NCBI RefSeq assembly: GCF_964204645.1
Contig: NC_134035.1
Span: 11,440,451 to 11,504,450, forward strand
Length of the DNA: 64,000 nt
Direction of reading: 5' to 3'
Source: Tubulanus polymorphus
Lineage: Eukaryota > Animalia > Nemertea
The position numbers were made by a program, and so were the translations under genes. Positions 55,501 to 64,000 of the stretch are shown piece after piece; the stretch's first letter is position 1, and the number at the start of each line of letters is the position of its first letter. The notes beneath the pieces were generated by a model, which was given only the letters and a program-made list of their open reading frames with translations, was not told where the DNA came from and made no database searches.

Positions 55501-58500
55501 GGAAAACCCGGGCTAAAATAAAACGGGATTTCTGATTGGCTAAAAATCACATCATCTGAACTGCGCATGTATCTGCGCACACGGTCGATTATGGCAGGGT
55601 TTCGTGCCGTGGCAATCTCGATGCCGTCAGGTTCGAATCCCTGCCGGGGGAGGATGATCAAAAATAGAGGTTATAGGCCATCAAACATAGACCGAGAGTC
55701 TGTTGAGCCAAGGTGCCGTTTTTATGGGTGTTGCAACTATGAATTTGAATGGTCAAAGTTGACACACTGCATTAATGCAAAATTCACAGAGGCCTTAAAC
55801 AAGCACAAACTCGAGACGGCTCTGCTTTTAGGTCACTGTAATAATAACCTGAAAAGCGCAGCGCAGTCGAGTTCAAATTACCGAAATCATACGAACTAAT
55901 TATTACACAATAATGAATGCCGACCTAATGACCTCGATTGAGGATATATTAATAAATGTTGCTTACATAGATAATAAGTATTTAGGAATGGAATCATTTG
56001 GGACCTTTGATTTTTTATGGAGTTAGGTGATTATTCGATTTCGACGATAAAAACAAGCAAGCTACTGACATAAGATTTGTATTCGAGTAAAAGTGAAAGC
56101 ACTCGGGGGGGAGGGGGAGGGTGGGGATCTACTGTATTCTCATCAAACAAGTGTAAATGAAGTGATATACAGCACATTTTTGCCGCGAAGTGGATACATG
56201 AATTTATCAAAAAGGGTTCTGGAGAAAAGGGGTTCTTCCTACATAAAGTAGGGCATCAGAAATACACGGGTAAATATGCAGCTTAGAGCATGTCATTATT
56301 TGCCACAAATCAGGTTACATTCAACGCGTAATCTGATTGGTGCAGCAGATTCTCATTGGACATGTATCTGTGCAGTGGGTCTAGTGTAGCACCGTCGCTG
56401 AGTTAACCGATGCCATCCGGGTCAAATCCACGCTGAGGCTGGATGAAATCCCAAGTGAATGATGGACTCTTGACACCTGTTCCGTGGACTCTTGACACCT
56501 GTCCCTTGGCATACATGTTATATTTTACACCAGGTTTTCAATAAAGCGTTACTACTGTTATTATCATTATCGCAATTTCTTCGCAGATCGACGTCGATGC
56601 GAGTGGCTTCATCGAGATATCAGAATTGAAGGATGCATTCGAGAAACTGCATCTGAGAATCCCGTCGTACGAGATACGAGATTTGATACGCAACCATGAT
56701 TCAAACTCCGACGGCAAACTCAGCAAAAACGAGTTCATCAAGGTAATAAAGATTGTATTAAAAAAAGAGTAATCGGGGGTCATTGATCTAGTTCTAAAAC
56801 AGCGTTCATCGACAAGCTGGGATCTTCATTGTTTAGTATATAGCATTGTGGCTTGGCTTTTGAAGCATGACTTTTAAGTACCTCAAAAATATAGAAAACT
56901 CTTACGAACCTGTCCAAGGAAGTTTTTAAAGTACCTAATGCTGTTTACCGATATTAACCCTTTCAGTGCGTCTACACCGCAGTGCGGTGTATAAATCAGT
57001 GATTGATTTTGCTAGTACATCGCACTGCGGTGTATTGATGTAATTAGTAATTTGTAATTATCTTTATTGAAAAACGCCAGCAAGTGTCAAACATAGTGAA
57101 ATACTAGTAACTAACGATACACCGCGCTGCGGTGTAGACGCACTATAGTGGTATTCCCATTGTTCAACACACTAGGGTGGAATTTTTTAGAATTTTCAAA
57201 TTTTCTATAGCACTATAGGGTATTAATTAGTCAGCACTGAAAGGGTTAAGTAAGATGTTCACCCTTAATTTTTGCTGCAAGAATCCAGATGCTTCCTCGA
57301 CATTATGACATTTTCTCCTTTAAAAAACTATTTCAAAACTCCTTATATTATCCTGAATCTGAAACTGGTTGTTGCCAAGCTCTATCAAATAGATTTCCCA
57401 CTCGATGGAATTGCCCCCAGACCATATCCAGGAATGACTGATCTGTAGTCGGAACTCGGCAGTTGAAAATGGCAAACGTTTTTTGTTTTCATCTTTAAGT
57501 AGGGATTCACCGTAAATTATTTATTTGATTATTATTTCGTTCGATTTGATTTGAACAAACAAAAAGGGGTAAATCCTTACTTGAAGATAATGAAAAAAAC
57601 GTTTACATACAATTTTCTAAACGGTTTTGTATGCGGGGACACGCTCTGTGACGAGCTGAGTGAACTGTATTATCGACATTAAAATTAGAAAATCGGATAC
57701 GTTAGGCTTGGAACGTACCGTCGCTCGGTCGAGTGTCACGGCTATTGAAAAATAATTACTCATTCCGTCCTCGTATTGTTGGCTGTTGTGCGTAATATTC
57801 CGATATTTTCTGTATTAAAGTATAGCGCGTTGGTTCACGTAACGGCCCGATTTATTATGCGATTTCTAATTTTATGTGACGACCATTGGTCAGTCACTCG
57901 GTCTGTCAGTCGGTCGGTCAGTCACTTGGTCGGTGGTTGTTAGTATCATTTGTAGCTAATATTATTGACAAATTGATACATGCTGTTACGCGCCTACATG
58001 TGTGTGTGTGTTTATATGTATATATTGTGTGTGCCTTTGTATTTATTGCGGATCTGATAAAAAATTCATTATCCGTTGTGTATAATTACTATTGATTTAG
58101 ATTTAGAGAGAGAGAGGTATAGAGCGCAATGATATAGCCATGCCTGCGAGCGTCTAGTGTCCTTACCTATAACTAACGATACGATTGCAGCCTGTTTTTT
58201 AACCAATTTTTAGGCCTAAGTGAAATGGGAGGAGGGGTCAACTCGTTTAATACCCCCCTGACGAGGGGTTATACTTGTTTTGTGAAACTCGTCCGATTTT
58301 GACCCAGTTCCGCAGTCATTGAGTTGAAGTCTTAATTCATATTATTATACGTAACCAGTTACTCAAAATAGTGTAATTTCTAAGAAAAAACCTTTAGGGA
58401 AAGATTATTATCATTGCCGGGTATTTTGTGATGTAATAAATGATCAGCATGCTCGAGTTGGCCCGACCAAAACTGTCGAATTAGGCCCGTGAATAATTTT

Positions 58501-61500
58501 TTCATGGGTTGAACTAATTCAACTTGTTTTGAAAGTGACTAAGCCAAATTTACACTGGTCTGATCTCGGTCTACTGTTTAACCTGGGCTAAATTGTTTCA
58601 TCGATTGTACTTTAAATCAAAGACAAGTTAGATTTGGGGCTTATTCCACCCTCTCCCGGAGTCCAGGGGCATTCATTAGGAAGCTCAATCTAGCTCAAGT
58701 TGTTTTATGTTGTTGTATCGTAATTCTTCATCTCTTTTGTGAAATTATAAGTAAAGCAGACAGAAGCAGGGCGAAATTGAATGGCATCATTCTTCCCTAG
58801 GGCGATGCTAATAACTAGTAACTGATAATATCATATTTGATGAGTCATTGGTCTACCATGCAACGCATCAGAGTATTTTCACAAACTTTCTATTGCTCAA
58901 TCTCGTTAAATTTAATCTGATTTTAAATGACCCCTGACGACCAGACCGGCCACCCCACACATAACCAGCTCCTTGTCTAGTAAGATGAGGCACTAAGATC
59001 CGATCGTCTACGATTCACTCATGTCACTTCGCACAATCGAATCGCTAATTCGGGCAAAACTAGTTTGTCGGATCTTAGCTACACTCTGGTCACCTGAGAT
59101 CCGTGATTGTTTTGAACCAAATGCTTAAGTCATGTGATGTGTACATCGCTGTTCATTGGCTATGACCTTATGTACAGTCGTAAGTACACTTAGGTCGGTC
59201 GGATCTTATGCCACCGTAGTTACGCTGAATAAATCGATCATTCTTTTGGCCGGCCAAATCATCACGAGCTCCTCGTCTATTCCATGTGTTCTTTCTCGTT
59301 ACAGACGGCGGTCATGTTGCGCAAGGAGAAGAACTGTAACTTCACTAAGTTACTCAGTCGACAATCGGGTATCGAAACGATCGGAGGTCTTTCTGAGCAG
59401 ACGGCTGAAGGTGTCACGCACAGTCTCAGTAAGGCTGAGAAACACGCGTTCACTGATTGGATCAACAGGTAAGAACAGATACGGACTCCATACCCTCGGG
59501 GTTGGAAGGTTTGAATAAACTACTCGCCAACACGAAAAGTTCTGCAAAAAATGAGTCGTAATAAAGATATAGATCCTCTTACTGCTTGCTCCAATAAAGC
59601 ATCAAGAGAGGTGAGCTGGTATTTTGTTACGCCATGAACAAAGTTTGTCATTAAAACAGGAAAACCCAGAAACTTGTTTCATCTCGAATACCTTGTCCTC
59701 GACTATGTTTCTTGTTTTTCTCGTAAACACATACGACCCAGGGAATCACAGGTACATGGAATTAAACATTTTAGATGTGAAAGACATAGACCATGTTTAT
59801 ACTAAACGCACAAGACACTGGGAAACACTTGGGAACATGTTTCTGTCTTCTGTTTCTATGTTTCTCAGTATCGTGTGTGTTGGGCTTTTTTAGTTCATCA
59901 AATTCCCAACTGTTTGCGATAAATTCAGTGCTGTATGAAATCTTAACACAGTAAGGCCGAGTACAGTGTGTTATTCGTGCAATCGAGTTTTCTAATTTCC
60001 AGTCTGAATGGCTGCAGGATTTCCCGTGTTTCATATTTGCCTTCACGAATACGCTCGCTATGAATGAATCAATTTGCCGTGACTCGTACAATTATTGCCC
60101 TTTCTACTTCTTTTACAGAAAATTTGCCAGCGATCCAGACTGCAAACCATATTTACCCATTAAAAATTTGTTCGAAGACCTAAGTGATGGAATTGTATTA
60201 TGGTAAGAGCATGTTTTTGTTTGTGTCAGATCTGTAAAACCTTCAGAGTCATAGTGAGTTCCCGAAGTACTTACTTTTCGCAGAAATTACAAAAAGTGCT
60301 TACACAGTGCTTACTTTTGGTATCCTGGGCTGGATTTCATGCAAGCAAAATAGTCTCTGGGAACATTTTGAAATTCGTCAGTTGTAGCCATGGTTTCTCA
60401 TTGTTACTATGGTGGTTGTTAACCAGATTTAGGAGTTATCCCTAGGGATAACTTTGATACCAGTCTATGAAACCGGGCCCTGGATTATTATTTGGACGAT
60501 TTATTTTGTGGATTAGGACATGGGCCGACGTATATCGTATTTTGACGAACCGTTTCGCGCATTTTCAGTAAAATGATCAACTGTTCTTGCCCGGACACGA
60601 TAGACGAACGTGTGATGAATAAAGATAAACTGACTCTGTTCACGAAACACGAGAATCAAACTCTAGTATTACAATCGGCGCAGGGTATCGGCTGCAATAT
60701 CGTCAACATCGGTCCGCAAGATCTCATCGACGGTCGGCAACATCTCGTGCTCGGGTTGGTTTGGCAAATCATCAGGGTACGTAAACGAGTTCTGAATTTG
60801 TTATCCGGTAATTATTCTATATTCTGGAATGTAGTCAGAAAAAAATGTAACTGACATTTAATTTTTAGAAGTACATAATCTGACCGGTCCAGAATGCCTT
60901 AGATACAAGGAAAACGAGTTATTTTTCAAAAATTTCTTGCTTGCTACTTCGTTTGCAGATCATTGTTCAGTGATTTCTAGGAATGTAGTCAAATTCACCC
61001 ACTGGATCCGCCCCTGCTCGCGGTGTTTTATTTAATTAGCAGAATCAAGGTTTCTTTCACGATGAAGAGGAGGGAGACTGGCTTTTCTGCGAACACCCTT
61101 ATTTTCGTAAAGGCTAAGGCAGATGTAGGTGTGCCACTCTGTCAGTAGCGAGAGCGGTATACACATCTGTTGCGTCTGGGAGACGTGATCATCTCTGGCC
61201 AGCGCTTAGAATCATGTCGCAACAAGTGGCGAGGCCGACCTACGTCTGCTTTTGGAGTATTTGTGGCGAGAAAGATGAAACAATTTCTTCTGCTTTTTCG
61301 TAAATAGTTTGGTTTGTTGAACGACATCAATCTACACGATCACGCCGAACTTGCCGCGCTGCTACTCGACGGTGAAACGCTCGCCGACCTGCAAGCGTTG
61401 TCTCCCGAGGAATTACTGATGCGTTGGGTGAATTATCATCTCGAGAAATCGGGCGAACCGCGACGAATAAGAAATTTCAATACGGATATCATGGTACGTT

Positions 61501-61855
61501 GTTGCGTTGGTCGGCATTCCTCGTTCGTTGGAACCTCGTTAAAGCTAACTTCAGTTCTTTATAACCCGATCTTTATTATGTCCAGTCTGGAATTCCTATA
61601 ATTGTCCTATTTGGGACAAAAGTTTGTAACAAATGAATAGCTGTATTCAAGGTTGTGATAATCAGATTCCACTGAATATCATCGCATGAACTGTTTTAAC
61701 TATTTTGGCTTCATTTGATTCATTGACTCAGGGTTGGTCCGGAACCCTCTTTAAAATCCCTTTTCTTTACGTTTCAGGATTCGGAGATATATTTACACTT
61801 GTTAAGCCGGATCGCTCCCGCCGAGTCAAACGTTGTTACGTCGCAAGCGTTCCAA
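52570..61855 (+). CDS. PLS: Plastin/fimbrin, 5' part (EF hands, CH1, most of CH2); continues beyond the window
   Basis: Exons 52570-52638, 56587-56742, 59305-59468, 60119-60202, 60569-60776, 61308-61493, 61778-61855. Motifs [90 protein letters not shown]. Confidence 0.95.
53790..53957. mobile_element. Harbinger-like MITE
   Basis: TIR AGGGATCATTCATTTATTACGTACGCAT / ATGCGTACGTAATAAATGAATGACCCCT. Confidence 0.75.
54420..54772 (+). mobile_element. 3' end of an L2/CR1-group LINE
   Basis: Translates [19 protein letters not shown]...[13 protein letters not shown], the typical ORF2 C-terminus (RAFSxAAPxLWNxLP...FKxxLKTxLF). Ends GCGCTATAT followed by an (ATT)n-like tail. Confidence 0.75.
55318..55656. 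mobile_element. MITE with about 100-bp TIRs containing tRNA T-arm/B-box motif; 8-bp TSD
   Basis: ATCAAAAA|CATCCTC...GAGGATG|ATCAAAAA. Right arm has GGTTCGAATCCC; left arm (minus) has GGTTCGAGTCCC. Confidence 0.8.
56958..57245. mobile_element. piggyBac-type MITE
   Basis: TTAA|CCCTTTCAGTGC ... GCACTGAAAGGG|TTAA; three internal 19-bp palindromes of the TACACCGCA-N-TGCGGTGTA type. Confidence 0.88.
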
Positions 61856-62134
61856 GTAAGTAACCGTCGCGCGGAAAAATAATATTGGCTTCAATATCAT
61901 CTCTTTTTAACGTACGATCGAGTTATGATTCTTCTAGTTACTTACCGGTAGTTAAAGAACAATTGAGGATGAACTAATTTCAAGTGAAATATTTGCACAA
62001 ATCTATGAGAACTTTTCAAACTCATTCAAGCTGATCGTGAATTTTAGAAAAGACACAAAACGGGATGGAAAATAAACAATATCGTTGAATATTGTGATTT
62101 AACTATACTGTATTTATATCCGGATTGGATTACA

Positions 62135-62480
62135 CAGTGAAGGCTTAGATTTAAGTTCAGCCTTAGTCTCTCTTAATTCAAGACCCACCAATCTAACTAC
62201 TTAAGATCGGTCTTCGATTTTAAGAACACTCGGGCCGGTTCCTCAGTTGAGACTTAAGTCCAAAAATGGTCTTAGATTTTAAGACTGGTCTTAAGTTGTT
62301 AGATTGGTTATAGAACTAAAATGGTCTTAAATTGGTCTTAAGTCTAAGCCATGACTATCGAACTGGGCCACCTGAAGCCCACTTGTACTGTGAAGGCTTA
62401 GATTTAAGATCAGTCTTAGTCCATCTTGGTTCAAGCCTATCTTTACGAGTTAAGGCGAGTCTCATGATTTAAGAACACTT
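62135..62480. mobile_element. Nested or clustered MITE fragments (CTTAAG-rich)
   Basis: Two related copies of GTGAAGGCTTAGATTTAAG...TTTAAGAACACT flank a GGGCCGGTT...AACTGGGCC element (62231-62370). Related sequence lies at about 22304-22512 and 28648-28862. Confidence 0.55.
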
Positions 62481-62893
62481 TCGGATGCGAGTCAAGCTAA
62501 CTGGGCCCTGGTTTCTGGATCTATAGATCCAGGTTTATCTTGGGATCTAATGGATAATTGATGAAAACACGCAAAATGTCCCTTCAAGCAACACAGTATC
62601 ATTTACATTCTACAATTCAGTTTGATACTGATGGATATAGTGTTCACCCGTACACGGTTAGTTGCGCGACTGTGGAGTGCACTTGAAATATAGACAAATT
62701 TATCAGGCCGGCAGTGTCGACGTCGTGCATATTGTAGTACCATCGAGTTTCGTTTTCCTGGCCGAAACATTCGTCGCTGCTTTCTGTTGATATCGGAAAT
62801 ATACGCGTTGTTTAAAAACGTCGCTTGAAAAACAATAGATGCAGCGTTATACACACACACGCGCGTGCACGCAGTGTAGTGCGGCTGAATACT

Positions 62894-63024
62894 GGGTCCG
62901 GTTTCACGAAAAAGTTTAAGCCTAAAACGGTTTAGTTTGAATTGTTGTCTTCATTGAAAACATGAAGTAACCATTAGCAATTACACCAAAAATTTGAGTT
63001 TAACTTTTTTGTGAAACTGGGCCC
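62894..63024. mobile_element. Harbinger-like MITE with CTG TSD
   Basis: CTG|GGTCCGGTTTCACGAAAAAGTT ... AACTTTTTTGTGAAACTGGGCC|CTG. Confidence 0.65.
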
Positions 63025-63512
63025 TGATCATGATTAGTTTAAACCAAATTTACATAACGCTCCCCTAATACATCAAAGTAGTTATTCATTTGGACCTGTT
63101 CTACAATTCTGTATTTCATTTTGAGCCTGGTAGAGAGATATTTTACTCACAAATGATTAGTTTATTGAACTGGGTCAAAATTATCGAAAATGTCTTCATT
63201 CAAAATTTCAAATACTTAATTCATCGAACACCGGCCTGTAATTGAAAGATTGCTTTTCAATCCCGTACACGTCCTCAAAATAACACGAACCAAATTCTGG
63301 ATCATTTGCGAGTTGCGATTTCATTCTTGATTCGAATTATCGAGGAAAATCGAACTAGTAAAAATCTAGTCCGAACTTCACTGACTATGTGCTTACTGCA
63401 TCCAGGGTTCGACGAATTTAAGAGAATATTTTTTTCAACGATTCGCATCACTTTTTCGAGTCGATACTAATTTTATGCATGAATTCATTATTTACTTTTC
63501 TTTCCGTTCCAG

Positions 63513-63524
63513 GAGATAATGGAG
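63513..63524 (+). CDS. Candidate 12-nt microexon of plastin (EIME)
   Basis: tttacttttctttccgttccag|GAGATAATGGAG|gtaaag; phase 0-0, compatible with the preceding exon. Confidence 0.5.
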
Positions 63525-64000
63525 GTAAAGTTGTGTTTTATGCGTGTAGCGTTAGAATTTACGTATTAATTCTTTAACCTAGTTTTTTCTGCTTTCACCT
63601 GACGAGATGGTTTCTTTCTTACCCGTCCTTATTGTAACATAGATTAACGAAATCGGAACGTTTAGATATTTGAGGCATACGGTTCCATCGCAGATCTTCA
63701 ACAAGTGATGACTATTCATATATAAGATTATATCATATATTCAAGACCATATATATGCAAAGCTTAATTGGATATTAAAGATATTAATTTGCTGCTGATT
63801 CGGAAGATTTTTAAGCTATATTACTTAATTACGCAGTTTGAATTTTATACTGTCTAATCCACAGTTACTGGACAAATAGCTTAAAAGCTTTATCTGAGCA
63901 GTAACCTAACAGTTCAATCGGGTATTGGTCTCATAGATAAGCCGTTTGTTGAATTCTGAATTCAAAACTTTATTTCTTTTTTGTAACAAGGCTGGACATT

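Noticed and set aside
55600-55645. tRNA gene suggested by GGTTCGAATCCC (also GGATTCGAATCC at about 9769)
   Set aside because: No cloverleaf (no acceptor, D or anticodon stems). The first motif is part of a MITE TIR and the second is isolated.
56973-57136. Spaced palindromic repeats resembling a CRISPR array
   Set aside because: Only three units with irregular spacing, inside a TTAA-flanked piggyBac MITE in a eukaryotic intron, with no cas genes.
58258-58294. CTGACGA...GAAACTCGTC hammerhead-like spacing
   Set aside because: Stem II and stem I cannot pair convincingly; likely chance.

Overview
Eukaryotic, AT-rich, intron-rich metazoan DNA, most likely from a bilaterian invertebrate (lophotrochozoan-like; this is inference). 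I found no rRNA, true tRNA or CRISPR. I assembled nine spliced genes by hand from GT(GC)-AG junctions and reading-frame continuity. They are: two CD9-like tetraspanin paralogs head-to-head (1435-9612 minus; 10775-15288 plus); a divergent calmodulin-like gene; three tandem SLC22 transporters, the middle one frameshifted by a 58-nt deletion; a 3-exon class A peptide-receptor-like GPCR with a signal peptide; a divergent SLC1/EAAT transporter; and the 5' half of plastin/fimbrin, which runs off the window. Introns and intergenic DNA carry many MITEs (piggyBac-, hAT/P-, Harbinger- and Tc1-like), an L2-type LINE tail, (TA)n tracts and Penelope-like foldback insertions with hammerhead ribozyme motifs. 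The strongest novelty candidates are three. (1) The SLC1 keeps its acidic-substrate ligands but has lost the ligands of the Na1/Na3 and K+/H+ sites and has Arg in place of the Met of NMDG (NRNG), suggesting a Na+-independent or uncoupled SLC1. (2) A 118-bp-arm foldback with an intact hammerhead core and a 12-bp TSD sits in the GPCR intron. (3) A MITE family has terminal inverted repeats that carry tRNA T-arm/B-box motifs.
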